DNA from: the human T2T-CHM13v2.0 reference genome, Homo sapiens
Direction: 5' to 3' (one strand)
DNA: 64,000 nucleotides
Assembly: GCF_009914755.1 (NCBI RefSeq)
Contig: NC_060946.1
The translations under genes were made by a program, and so were the position numbers. This document shows positions 47,046-60,368 of the stretch, piece after piece. The notes beneath the pieces are model-generated. The model was not told the DNA's origin. It made no database searches and saw nothing but the letters and a program-made list of their open reading frames with translations. Within the stretch, counting starts at the first letter, position 1. Each line of letters begins with the position of its first letter.

Positions 47046-47940
47046 CACTATCGAGAGAATAAAAAGACAAATCACAGACTGGGAGTAAAAATTTACAAAA
47101 GCTATATCTGGTGAAGATACATTTATTATCCAAAATATACAAAGAACTCTCAGGACTCAATAATAGGAAAACAAATAGTCTAACACAAATGTAGAGATCT
47201 GAACAGACATTTCACCATAGAATACAGACGGATGATACGTAAGCACATTGAAAGATGTTCAATATCATTCATCATTAGGGAAATGTAAATTAAAACCACA
47301 ATGAGATACTGCTACATGCCTATTAGAATAGCTAAAATTTCAAAGACTGAGCATACTAAACTTTGGTGAGAACACAAAGGAACAGGAATGCTCATACACT
47401 GCTGCTGGAAATACAGCCACTTTGTCAGTTTCTTTAAAAGTTAAACTGGCCGGGAGTGGTGGCTCACGCCTGTAATCCCAGCACTTTGGGAGGCCAAGGT
47501 GGGCGGATCACGAGGTCGGGAAATCGAGACCATCCTAGCTAACACGGTGAAACCCCGTATCTACTAAAAATACAAAAAATTAGCAGGGCGTGGTGGCGAG
47601 CGCCTGTAATCCCAGCTACTCTGGAGGCTGAGGCAGGAGAATGGCGTGAACCCGGGAGGCGGAGCTTGCAGTGAGCCGCGATGCACCACCGCCCTCCAGC
47701 CTGGGCGACAGAGCGAGATTCCATCTCAAAAAAAAAAAAAAAAAAAAGTTAAACATATCACACCACCTAGTCATTCAAATCCTGCTTATTTGCCCAAGAC
47801 AAATGAAAGCATATGTCCAAACGATTGGACAAACTTTCGTAGCAACTTTATTTGAAATAGCAAAAACAACTGGAAGCAAACCAAATGTCCATCAAGAGGT
47901 GAATAGATACACTAACTGTAGAATATCCATACAATAAAAC
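47046..47940 (+). mobile_element. Old L1M ORF2 3' fragment interrupted by an AluY
   Basis: AACAGACATTTCACC...AAAACCACAATGAGATAC...AAATGTCCATCAA. Confidence 0.75.
47448..47747 (+). mobile_element. AluY
   Basis: Y diagnostics; TSD AAAAGTTAAAC. Confidence 0.95.
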
Positions 47941-48129
47941 TATTTTTTTTAAACTACGGGGCAAAAAACAAAAAACCAAAGATAGAATCTAACTTCTTGG
48001 TAAATACATTCACTATTAGGGTTTTTATAACAGAGAAGTCATTCTTTATTAACACACTTTTGACTATGAAAATATTTTGACATCAAAAATCTGCAAAACA
48101 TGAAGAAACAAAGGACACACAGCTTTTTC

Positions 48130-48440
48130 TATTTTTTATTTTTATTTTATTTTTATTTTTTTGAGAAGGAGTCTCTTTCTGTCACCCAGGCTGGAGTGCA
48201 GTGGCGCGATCTTAGCTCACTGCAAGCTGCGCCTCCCGGTTCACGCCATTCTCCTGCCTCAGTCTCCTGAATAGCTGGGACTACAGGCGCCCGCCACCAA
48301 GCCCGGCTAATTTTTTGTATTTTTAGTAGAGACGGGGTTTCACCGTTAGCCAGGATGGTCTCAATCTCCTGACCTTGTGATCTGCCCGCCTCGGCCTCTC
48401 AAAGTGCTGGGATTACAGGTGTGAGCCACCGCCCCCGGCC
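48130..48440 (-). mobile_element. AluY
   Basis: CACTGCAAGCT, TTCACGCCATTCTC; TSD-like AAGGA(C/A)ACACAGCTTT. Confidence 0.95.
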
Positions 48441-49297
48441 CAAGGAACACAGCTTTAACATTTCTCCTTGGTCTCACCCAGTGCCAACCACCTAAAACCT
48501 CTCATTTTCCCCCAGACATTTCTTCTGCCTCCAGGATGGAGGTAGAGAATCTTGGCCTTGGGCCACGCACTGGGGACCATGCTGGGCTGCCGTGGTCAGT
48601 GACGGACTCAGGTTCTCACCAGGATCCCCAAAATAGGCCCCTGAAAAAAATGTTACCATCAGGGTGCGCTCCCTGATTCTTGTGTCTGCTGGAAGGAGGA
48701 AATCAAGCCAGGAACATTGTCAGGATAGAGATGAAAATGGGGTTCACTTTTCTGTCTCTTGTGATGTCAGACAAGCCTTTCAGCTCTGTCTCCTCAGCCC
48801 TCATGGAATTGTTTGGTGTGGAGGCACTGATATTCTGAACTGGGTCCCCTTCCCCTCTGCCCTTCTCTGGGGCCAGATTCTGAGCTCTCCATTCCAATTT
48901 TTCCCCCAATTTGCCCTTGCATTTATTTATCTGGATTACTGTCTGCCTGTCCCAAAGAATAAAAGTTTTATCACAGTGGGGAATTCGTTTAAAAAAATAA
49001 TAATAACAGCTATATTTTTAAGATCCATGACACTGTCTAGCATATCGGTGGTATCTGATAAAAAATGTTTGTTGACTGAATGAACAAATATATTATTCAC
49101 AATTCACATTATCCTGAACTGGCTAGAAAATTAAATATCTGATATCAGTATTGGCAACATTATGAAGTAAATATAATTCTGATACAGTGCTCGTGAAAGT
49201 CTAATATGAAATGCTCATTTTAGAAAACATTTTCTTGTAGATTTGAAAATGTTTCATCTCCATGAACTAGTTGTATATCTGCAAGTTGTGTATCTTT

Positions 49298-49907
49298 GGG
49301 TTAGGCAGAATAATTGCCCCCCACCAAAGACAGCCACATCCCAGTCTTCAGATAAGGTGAACATGCTAACGTAAGTTAGCATGTTCAAAGGGACTTGGCA
49401 GATGTGATTACCATTAAGGGCATTGAAATGGGGAAATTACCTTGAATTACCTTGGTGAGCCAATCTAATCTCATAATTCCTTGAGAGCAGAGAATATTTT
49501 CTGGATGCTGAGATTCAGACAAATTGCAGTATGAGAAAGATGTGGCCTGCTATTACTGGCTTTTAAAACAGTGGTAGGGGGCCACAAGCCAAGGAAAGCC
49601 AGTGACTTTTAGAAGCTGGGAATGACCCAAAGTTTACAACCAGGAAGAAACTGAGGATCTACAACCACAAGGAACTGAATTCTGCCAACAACACAGATGC
49701 TCTTTTAGAGCCTTCAGAAAGAAATGCAGCCTGCCAACATCTTGATGTTAGTTCAGTGAGAGCCATGCCAGATTTCCAACCAAAACAATCCTAAGACAAT
49801 AAGTTTTTGTGTGTTTTTTAAAACTGGCTCAAATCTTACAAAAATGTGTTATTTTAAGCTACTGAATTTGTGGTAAATTGTTACAGCAGGAATAGAAAAC
49901 TGATACA
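49298..49907 (+). mobile_element. MLT1 MaLR solo LTR
   Basis: AGGCAGAATAATTGCCCC...GCAGATGTGATTA...GTTACAGCAGGAATAGAAAACTGATACA. Confidence 0.8.
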
Positions 49908-50916
49908 ACCCTAGAGAAAGTCTTGTACATGTGCCCTATAAACTCACAGCAGAATTTTTTTTAACTTTTTATTGAGTTAAAAAATATATATATAATTTAC
50001 CATCTGTACATTTTTAGAGGACAGTTTAGTGGTGATAAATACATTTACATTTTCTTCTCTTAATCTCCTCTTCCCACTCCCCTTGCTGGCCTCTAGCAAC
50101 CACCAATTTACTTTCTATCTTCATAAGATCCACTTTTTTACTGCCCACATATGAGTGACAACATGTGGTATTTGCCTTTCTGTGCTTGGCTCATTCCATT
50201 TAACACAATGGCCTATGTTCATTACGTTAAGCCAAAGGGCCAGCGCCACTTATACTGCTGTGAATGACAGGATTTCATTCTTTTTTGTATCTGAGTACTA
50301 TTCCATTATGTATATATATGACTTTTAAAATCTATTCATTTGTTGATGAGCACTTACGTTGATTCCATATTTTGTCTATTGTGAATAGTGCTGCAGTACA
50401 CATCGGCATGTAGATATGTCTTTGATGCATTAATTTCCTTTATTTTGGATATATATCCAGTAAAGAAATTGCTGGACCACATGGTAGTTCTATTTTTACT
50501 TTTTTGAGGAACCTCCATACTGTTCTCCATAGTGGCTTTATTAATGTAGATTCCCACCAACAGTGTACTAGTATTTCCCTTTCTCCACATCCTTGCCGGC
50601 ATCTGTTATTGCCTGTCTTTTTGAAACAAGTCATTTCAACCAAGGTGAGATGATATTGCATTGTGATTTTGATTTGCATTTCTTTGACGATTAGTGATAT
50701 TGAACATTTTTTCATCTTCCTATTGGCCATTTGTATGTCTTCTTTTGAGAAAATTTCTGTTCAGATCTTTTGCCCATTTTTAAATTGCATTTATTGATAT
50801 ATTTTTAACTATTATTCTTTTAGAAGCAAGGTCTTGCTTTGTCACCCAAGCTAAAGGGCAGTAGCATAATCATAGCTCACTGTAACTTCAAACTCCTGGG
50901 AATAAGAAATCCTCCT

Positions 50917-51220
50917 GACCGGGCGCGGTGGCTCACGCCTGTATTCCCAGCACTTTGGGAGGCTGAGGCGGGTGGATCAAGAGGTCAGGAGATCGAGACC
51001 ATCCTGGCTAACACGGTGAAACCCCGTCTCTACTAAAAATACAAAAAATTAGCCGGGCTTGGTGCCGGGCGCCTGTAGTCCCAGCTACTCAGGAGGCTGA
51101 GGCAGGAGAATGGCGTGAACCCTGGGGGGAGCAGAGCCTGCAGTGAGCCGAGATCGCGCCACTGCATCCCAACCTGGGTGACAGCCAGACTCCATCTCAA
51201 AAAAAAAAAAAAAAAAAGAA
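50917..51220 (+). mobile_element. AluY variant inserted into an older antisense Alu fragment
   Basis: 13-bp TSD AAGAAATCCTCCT (50904-50916; 51221-51233); unusual GAACCCTGGGGGGAGCAGAGCCTGCAG. Confidence 0.95.
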
Positions 51221-51522
51221 AAGAAATCCTCCTACCTCAGCCTCTTCAGTAGCCCATTTTTCAGATTTTTTGTTTGTTTATTATTGAGTTGTTTGAGCTC
51301 CTTATATATTCTACTTGTTAATCCTTTATCAGATAGATAGTTTGAAAATATTTTGTCCCATTCTGTGGTTGGCTCTTCACTTTGTTGATTGTTTCCTTTG
51401 CTTGAGGCTTTTTAGTTTGATATAATCCCATTGTCTATTTTTGCTTTTGTTGCCTGTGCTTCTGAGGTCTTACGCAAAAAAATCTTTGCCCAGACTAATG
51501 TCCTGGAGCATTTCTCCTATGC

Positions 51523-51758
51523 TTTCTTTTTTTCTTTCTTTTTTTTGTTTTCACGCCATTCCCCTGCCTCAGCCTCCCGAGTAGCTAGGACTACAGGCGC
51601 CCACCATCATGCCCCGCTATTTTTTTTTTTTTGTATTTTTAGTAGAGACGGAGTTTCACAGTGTTAGCCAGGGTGGTCTCGATCTCGTGACCTTGTGATC
51701 CGGCCACCTTGGCCTCCCAAAGTGCTGAGATTACAGACGTGAGACACCATGCCCGGCC
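51523..51758 (-). mobile_element. AluY with deletion next to its tail
   Basis: T-rich tail joined directly to TTCACGCCATT; TSD-like TCCTATG on both sides; poly-T follows at about 51768-51804. Confidence 0.88.
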
Positions 51759-51766
51759 TTTCCTAT

Positions 51767-51807
<41 letters not shown>

Positions 51808-52536
51808 AGCTTCATAGTTTCAGGTCTCAGATTCAAGTCTTTAATCCATTTTTATTTGATTTGATTTTTGTGTATGGTAAGATGGGTTTAATTTTATCCT
51901 TCTGAATATGGTTATTCAGTTTTCCCAGGATCATTTATTGAAAAGACTGTTGTTTTCCCAGTGTATGTTCTTGATGCCTTTGTCAGAGATGAGTTGTTTG
52001 TAAATGTGTAGATTTGTCTGCGATCTCTATTCTGTTCCACTGTCCTATGTGTCTGTTTTTATGCCAGTAGAAATATATTGGCAATAATTAATACAGAAAA
52101 GCTGAAACAATGAAATGACAAAAGTGAATTATACTGATATAATTCATTATGCTCACTAAATGCAATAGCATACAGCTAGGAAAACAATGTAGTGCACATG
52201 GTATTAAAATACAACACAATTCAATATACACAGTGCTCACAGTGGCCATCGTTAGAGTGTTGAAGAAGGGGATGTAGTCAGCCAAAGTTGTACAGGTGAC
52301 TTCAAAAGTAATCATAAGCAGTTATGATTACTTTTGGCTTAATTTCTTAAACTAAGACTGGAGACACAGGTGTTCATTATGTGCTTATTATATATATAAA
52401 ATAAATATTTTATAAATATATTGTTTCTATTCAGCATTTAATAAAGTAAATCAATAGAAAAGGTTAAAAAGCAATGCACAGATATTTCAAATATTTTTTT
52501 TGCTCCAAATTATATAAACATTGCATAGTTATTGCC

Positions 52537-52720
52537 CTGGGCCTGGCAAGGTGACTCACACCTCTCATCCTAGTACTTTAGGAGACTGAGGCAGGAGGAT
52601 AGCTTCAGCCCCAGAGGTCAAGGCTGCAGTGAGCCTTAATTGCACTACTGCACTCCAGCCTAGGTGACAGAGCAAGATGCTGTCTGAAGATAAAAATAAA
52701 AATAAGTTAATAAATAAATA
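52537..52720 (+). mobile_element. Alu monomer (FRAM/AluJ-like)
   Basis: GAGACTGAGGCAGGAGG...GTGACAGAGCAAGA. Confidence 0.8.
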
Positions 52721-55700
52721 TATGTTTATATATTAACTGATTTTATTAACTATATATATATATATATTTGTTGTCTTGGTCTATAGGCAATCTTACAGTG
52801 CTTAAGACTTTGATACTGAGAACAGATCTCCTAGGTATATACTGTGTTTCTGGGGTGACATGATGCTCTCGTCTGGCCTCCGTGAGCCTAATTCTATCGT
52901 ACATTTACCCCACTCTTCAACAACAACTTGGGGAGGTGTCCCTAAACATTCCTAGGTGAACACAAACCTGTGGCCCTCAACACCTTTCTAGGTAAAGCAA
53001 GCTCCTGACATATCTGTGGATATCCTCTCATTGGAAGAAGGGGGAAGAGACCATCTCAAAATAATTCATTTAATATAGCTTTTCAGCATTAATTTTATTT
53101 TGATAAAGAGACACACAGTAAATAAAATTTCTAAAAAACTATAAACTTTCAAGCATTCTCACGCTAAATCTAGCCCTGCTCACATGCCAGGGAAATATAA
53201 AGGTAATCTGTTTCTCAACCTGACCAGGATGCTACAGAAATTAAAAATAAACTCAATCCCTGGATCCCTACCAAAGGGTCATTTCATATGGATCAAAGTT
53301 CTGGAAAAATTATTTGTCTGGAAATAGACTAATTCTCCAAAATATAATTGAAATAACAGTCTCTGGAAAGGGCCAAATACAACTCTTAATGATACAACAG
53401 GTAAATATAGGTCTGATGTTCATTCAGTGTGGACAACAATAGCAGCCATTCCCACAAATGGCTCATTTGTGGGAAGTAAATACTACTTTTGCAGAATCTT
53501 ACATGGTTTCAGTAGAAGGGCAAGGACATTTCAGTTGGGAACAGATTGCTCCATGGTAATGTGATCACTATTTACCCAACAATGGCTCTTTCTTCCTAGC
53601 GTCAATGCAGATGTTATTTTCCCCTTAACTATTATCATTGCTGTTTCTAACCACATAAAAGTGTATCCTTTATATATATGGAGTAAATTCATACTAGTGG
53701 TGTAACATCTCCAGTCATTTAAGTGTAAAAACAGAAAACGTATGATGTGTTTACTTACTGTTTTATACTCCTAACGCATGAAGAGAAGATCCTTTTATTC
53801 ATTGCCTATACTTGTATTTCTAAACTTTCTGTAACACTTTATCTTATACCCAGCATAGAATTGAGATTTGCTTTTTTATTTAATCTAACAATATTTTTTC
53901 CTCTAATAAGAGTCATGCCCACTTACTTTTAATGATAAATTGTGTTTGGTTATATTTTGATTACAGTATATTATGCTATGATTTATATGCACATATCTGT
54001 CTTTTGCTGTCTTGTTTGTTCTTATTGCTTTTGTTTTGATGTGTTATTTGGAAGAGTTAAACTTTTATTCTGATGGCTACCTTATGTAATTTCATAAAAT
54101 CATCTCTTTCTTTAGACAGTAGCTAATGTCTCTAAACTAAGAAGAATGGTATTAGCTGTATTCTCTTTCTTGTCCTCCCTATGTGATTTTTCATCCCACA
54201 GTTTGATTTAATCATATTAACTTTGTTTCCCCTGGTGCCATTAAGTATGCTTACATTTCTATAAACAATATCCTTTGGCTCCCAGGCATTACAGATGAGC
54301 AGTCAGTAAAATCATTCTGAGGAATACTTTCTCTTCCCTTTTCTTCCATTTTTCTTAGTTGTATCATTTCTATATTGCCAGACCACCTACAGTTGCATTT
54401 CTTTCTGTCAGCTTTATCCAGCATTTGTTTTTGTCTTTTATTTGAAGTTAAATATATTCCTTGCTCACTACAACACTGGGGGAAGGAAGGTTTCTGTTGT
54501 CAATGTTGTGCTTGTACAGTTGTTTGTTTAAAAACATTGGCGAAAACAAAAACTGTATGTAGATGGAATGGAGATAAGACAGAAAATGAGAGAGACTGAT
54601 GATGAGTGTGCTTATTCTAGGCTGGGAGGCGTGCTACACCGAGCAGTGTCTCCAAGGCCACAGGAAAGGATGGTTGATTGTGAGCAGGTGGACTTTCCAC
54701 TGGAGGAGAGAAGTCCTGCGCTCAACAACCTGTGCAGAACCAGAAACTAGTAATGCTTTAAATTAACTTACAGACCTGAAGGTAGAAATTTAAGAAAACT
54801 CGTTTAGCACCTAGTTTCCTAGAAAATATTAGGAAACAGACCACTCACAGCACCTGCTTTTTGCCATCCTCACTCTCAGCTATGAGATGAGGCCCAGAAA
54901 GCCTTCTGCCAGCCTCAGCTGCTGTTCTCAGATTAATCTGCTGAGTTCTTTTTGCCTAGTAAGAATCTCTGAATTTAGGAACATAGATGTTAGCACTTGT
55001 ATTTCTAGGTTTTCCAGTTCCCAGGGCCATTAAACATTTTTTTCCTTTCCTTTCTTTCTTCCAAAAAAAATTGGTGATTCCCCTGGGTCCCTGTGGTTTA
55101 AGCTCACAAAAGGTCCATGATGACACCCTGTTACATTGTTTTGTCATAGTTAATACCTTGTTATCCCAGTTGCTCAGTCAGTTTTTGTGAAAGATTCAGG
55201 GATATTAATAAAAATGTGCTGCTACTGCTACTAACATCTTGCATAAAAGCCCTATTAATTAAAATGTTTATTTTGCATGTGATTTGAACTTGTAATTTGT
55301 ATTCAAAGTTTTTCAACAGAGATCCGAAAAGACCCTTCTTATATTTTAATTTTGCGCGTTGCAACACTTTTTAGTGAAAAAAAAACATGAGAACAACACA
55401 AGTGATTTTAAAAGAATAAACCTACAATCCATTAATTATAAAATGAAATACTGTGCAGGTGTTAAGAATGAGGGAATCAATAAGAACTTGTGTGGGGTAA
55501 CTATAAACTTTTAAAAAATAAATTTAATGCTCATGTGGCCATATTATCGTTAAAAAAATACAAGCATACTTGCACACACCTTCAAGCAAAATGGCTACAC
55601 GCATTTAAAAATATTTAAATAAAGTAAATGGTCCAATAATTTAACTTTGTACAATTCTATGTTCTCTGATTATTTTATATGCTAGAAACAGGCATTACTG

Positions 55701-55769
55701 TTTTGTCTATTTCATTTGAAATAATTGTAGTCACGTGAGGTTTAAATTATAATACAGAGAGGTCACATA

Positions 55770-56450
55770 TGCCTATTTTCTAATTGGATACCTTATTTAT
55801 TACTATTGAGTTTTGAGAATTTTTTACATATGCTAGATGTAAGTTATTTGTCAGATATATGGTATGCAAATTATTTCTCCCAGTCTGTAATTCATTTTTT
55901 CAACCTCTTTATAGGGTCTTTCTAAGTTAAAAAAAAAAAAAAAAAAGTTTATTTATTTTAATGAAGTCCAGTTTTATCACTTTTTCCTTTTGTAGATTTT
56001 GTTTTCAATATCAAGCCTAAAAATTCTTTGCCTAGCCCAAGGTCTCAAGAGTTTTCTTCTATTTTAAAAAGTTTAATGAATTTATTTATTTACTAATTAT
56101 TTTTGAGACGAGGTTTCACCCAAGCTGTAGTGCAGTGGTGCCATCATTGCTCACTGCAGCCACTAACTGCTGGATTGAAGTGATCCTTCCACCTCAGCCA
56201 CTTGAGTAGTAGCTGGGATTACAGGCACGAGCCACCATACACAACTTTAAGTTTTATAATATTACATTTCACATTTAATCCTGTGATTTATGTGAGCTAA
56301 ATTTTATATAAAGTATAAATTTAGGTCAGTCTTAGTTTTTGTACCTGTGAATGTCCAATTGCTCTAGCACCATTTGTTGAAAAAGATATCCTTCCTTTAA
56401 ACTGATTTTGCATCCTTGTTAAAAAAAATCAGTTGAATATAGTGTGGTCT
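55770..56450 (-). mobile_element. Old L1M fragment with an Alu monomer (about 56095-56240)
   Basis: TTGTCAGATATATGG...GCACCATTTGTTGAAAAGA reverse-complement ORF2. Confidence 0.7.
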
Positions 56451-56852
56451 GTCACCTTTTAATAAGATAAAAACATTGACACTCACCAGATATCGAAGTT
56501 TAGAAATTTTTTTAAAGCTAAACTTCTGAAAATAGAATAAAAACACCTTCGCATGTCAAATTAGTCAATTTGTATAGGACTAATTCATTTAAATATATTA
56601 AAATACAAAATAATTCAAACCACTAAAGTGATAATACAAGACTATAAATTTAAAGGCTAATTATTAAGTCAAATTGCTGTATTCTACGTGTTAGAGCGAG
56701 TTCAAAAGATCCATTGTATTACTGAATAGGCAAAAGTTTTAATTTCAGAGGATGAAACTGATATATTACTGCCACCTTGTGGATATTCTGTTATTACAGA
56801 CTATTATAAAAAGCAATGAGGGTATGTAATCTGTTCTAACAAGAAGCATTTC

Positions 56853-57088
56853 CTTTTTTTTGTCGTTTTTATTATTGTTATTATTACATTTTAAGTTCTG
56901 AGATACATGTACAGAACGTGGAGGTTTGTTACATAGGTATACACATGCCATGGTGGTTTACTGCAACCATCAACCCATCATCTACATTAGGCATTTCTCC
57001 TAATGCTATCACTCCCCCAGCCTCCCACCCCCATGACAGGCCCCGGTATGTGATGTTCCCCTCCCTGTGTCCATGTGTTCTCATTGTT
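56853..57088 (-). mobile_element. L1PA7/8-like 3'UTR fragment
   Basis: TTTAAGTTCTGAGATACATGTACAGAACGTG...TGTTCTCATTG. Confidence 0.88.
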
Positions 57089-57171
57089 AAACTCAAAAGA
57101 AAAACAGAAGCATTTTCTGCTCTCCCAATTTCTTAAATACAATGTAACTTTATGTTTAACTTAACTAACTT

Positions 57172-57465
57172 AATTTTTTGAGACAAGGTCTAGCTCTGTT
57201 GCCCAGGCTGGAGTGGCGTGGCGTGAATATGGTTCAGTGAAACCTCCACCTCCCTGGCTCAAGTGATCCTCCTTCCTCAGCCTCTCGAGTAGCTAGGACC
57301 ACAGGCACGCACCACCATGGCCAGCTAATTTCTTTTTTATTTTTTGTAGAGATGAGGTCTCACTTTGTTGTCCACGCTGGTCTCAAACTCCTGAGCTCAA
57401 AGGATCCTCTTGCCATGACCTCCCACAGCTCTGGGATTTATAGGTGTGTGCCATGGCACCAGGCC
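57172..57465 (-). mobile_element. AluJ-like
   Basis: Diverged reverse-complement dimer. Confidence 0.9.
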
Positions 57466-57704
57466 TAAGCAACTGTAGAGAAGCCTTTTTTTCTTTCATA
57501 AAAACAGTTGTAGATATTTTCCTCATGGAATTTATTTGTGGTGAAATATTTTAATAGACGGTTTAATTTTTTAAATAATTTGTCTCAGATAATAATAAAT
57601 GATTAATATTAAAACTACAAAACAAGTAGGGTCTTCTTTTTCTATGAAAAATGAAAGTTGATTCTGACATTTATGTAAACATTTTAAAAATGCAAAGTAT
57701 ATAA

Positions 57705-59955
57705 ATGTGAAGTCCTATCAAGAGTAATTAGACAAGAGAAAGAAATAAAGGGCATTCAAATAGGAAAGGAGGACACCAAATTTTTCCTATTTGCAGATGA
57801 CATGATCTTATATATAGGAAATCCTGAAGACTCTACCAGAAAACTTTTAGAACAAACAAATTCAGTGAAGTTGCAAGACACAAAACTAATACACAAAGAT
57901 TGGTTGCATTTATATATATGAACAACAAACTCGCTGAAAAAGAAATTAAGAAGGCAAACCCATTTACAATAGTTACCAAAAAAAAAAACCCAGACATAAA
58001 TGTAACCAAGGAGGTAAAACGAAAACTACAAAACACTAATGAAAGAAATTGAAGAGGATACAAACAAATAAAAAGACATTCACACTCATGGATCAGAAAT
58101 ATGAATGTTGTTAAAGTGACAGTACTACTCAAAAGCAACCTACAGATTCAATGCAATCTCTATCAAAATACCTATGAACATTCTTCACAAAATTAAAAAA
58201 AAATCCAAACAGATTTTATGGAATCAAAAAATATCCTGAATAGCCAAAGCCATCCTAAGCAAAAAGAACAAAGCTGGATGTATCATGTTACCAGACCTTA
58301 GAATATACTACAAAACTGTAGTAACCAAAACATCATGGTATAGGCATTAAAACAGACACATAGACCTATGGAATAGAATAAAGAACCCAGAAAATCCACA
58401 TATCTCAGCCAACGGATTTTTAAAAAGATGCCAAGAACACTCATTGGGGAAAGGATAGTCTCTTCAATAAATGGTGCTGGAAAAACTGGATATCCATATG
58501 CAGAAGAATGAAACTAGACCCCTGCCTCTCATCCTATACAAAAATCAACTGAAAGTATCTCAAATACCCAAATATAAGATCCAAAATGGTAAAGCTACTA
58601 GAAGAAAACATAGGGGAGATCCTTCAGGACATTCCTCTGGGAAAATATTTTATGAATAAGACATCAAAAGCACAGGCAACAAAAGAAAAAATAAACAAAT
58701 GGGATCACATCAAGCTAAAAATCTTCTGCACAGCAAAGGAAATAATAAATTGAGTGAAAAGACAACCTACAGAATGGGAGAAAATATAAACTACTCATCT
58801 GGCAGGAAATTAATATCAAGAATATACAAGGAATTCAACATATCAACAGCAAAGAAGCACAACAATCTAATTAAATATAAACAAATGCTGTGCACAGACA
58901 TTTCTCAAAAGAAGACATACAAATGACCAACAAATATATGAAAAAATGTTCAACACCACTAATCAGCAAGGAAATGCTAATCAAAGCCACAGTGAGGCAT
59001 CATCTTACACCAGTTAGGATGGCTATTATAGAAGAGACAAAAATAACAAATGCTGACAAAGACGTGAAGAAAAGGGACTTTTTTTTTGACAGAATCTCAC
59101 TCTCCGTCCAGGCTGGAATGCAGTGGTGGTGTAATCTGGCTCCCTCTGCTTCTAGGGTTCAAATAGTTCTCCTCCCTCAGCCTCCTGAGTAGCTGGAGAA
59201 AAAGGAACTCTTATGCACTGTTGGTAGGAATGTAAATTAGTGCAGCCAGTATGGAGAACAGTATTGAAACACTTCAAGCAATCCCACTACTGGGAATTTA
59301 TCCAAAGGAAAGAAAAACATTATATTGCAGAGACATCTGCATCCCCATGTTTACTGCAACAGTGTTTACAATAGCCAAGATATGGAATCAACCTAGGTTT
59401 CCAACAACAGATGAATGGATTTTTAAAATGTGGTATATATACACCAAGGAATTCTATTTAGCCATAAAAAAGAATAAATAAAATCCTGTCATTCTCAGCA
59501 ACATGGATGGAACTGGAGGATATTATGTTAAGCAAAATAATCCAGGAATAGAAATTTCAACACCACATGTTCTCACTCACGCAGAAGCTAAAAAGAAAGT
59601 TGATCTCATAGAAGTAAAAAGTAGAACAGAGGATACTGCAGGCTGAAAAAGGTAGGGAGAAAGGAGGAATAGTAAGAGATTTGTTAATGGATACAAAATT
59701 ACAGCTAGGTAGGAGTAATAAGTTCTAGTGTTCTATAGTACTGTAGATGACTATAGTTAACAATACTATATTATGTAGTTTAAAATACCTAGGACTAGTT
59801 TCAATGTTCCCAACACAAAGAAATAATAAATGTTTGAGATGATAGATATGTTAATTACCCTGTTATGATCACCATCTACATGTACTGAAACATCCCCGTA
59901 TAGCCATGAATATGTATAATCTTTGTCAATTTAAAAAGTAAAAAAAAAAAAAAAA
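57705..59955 (+). mobile_element. L1MA-like 5'-truncated LINE-1 (RT to polyA), containing a short antisense Alu fragment at 59079-59197
   Basis: TTTGCAGATGACATG (FADD codons) at about 57790; decayed ORF2; A tail at 59940-59955. Confidence 0.92.
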
Positions 59956-60067
59956 TCTTGGAGAATGCATTTGAAGAACTTGTACTCAAGAAATCAACTT
60001 AAGAACCTGAGTCTCCTTGGAATTTGTGTTTTCTAGACCAGTACTTCTCCAAATTAAAGCAAATTTA

Positions 60068-60368
60068 GGCTGGGCAGGGTGGCCCATGTCTATAATCTCA
60101 GCACTTTGGAAGGCTGAGGCGGGCAGATCACTTGAGGTCAGGAGTTCGAGACCAGCTGACCCAACATTGTGAAACCCTGTCTCTACTAAAAATACAAAAA
60201 TTAGCAGGGCATGATGGCATGTGCCTGTAATCCCAGCTACTTTGGAGGCCGAGGCAAGATAATCGCTTGAACTGGAGAGGTGGAAGTTGCAGTGAGCCGA
60301 GATTGCACCATTGCGCTCCAGCCTGGGCAACAGAGCAAGACTCTGTCTCAAAAAAAAAAAAAAAAAAA
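60068..60368 (+). mobile_element. Alu (AluS-like)
   Basis: TSD AAAGC(A/G)AATTTA. Confidence 0.95.

Larger units (their letters stand above)
49960..52070 (-). mobile_element. L1MA-like 3' portion, interrupted by several Alus
   Basis: Minus ORFs [24 protein letters not shown] and [11 protein letters not shown] are ORF2p C-terminal. Confidence 0.85.

Noticed and set aside
48620-48690. Apparent pair of minus-strand mini-exons
   Set aside because: The implied intron is only about 16 nt and the peptide is not recognisable
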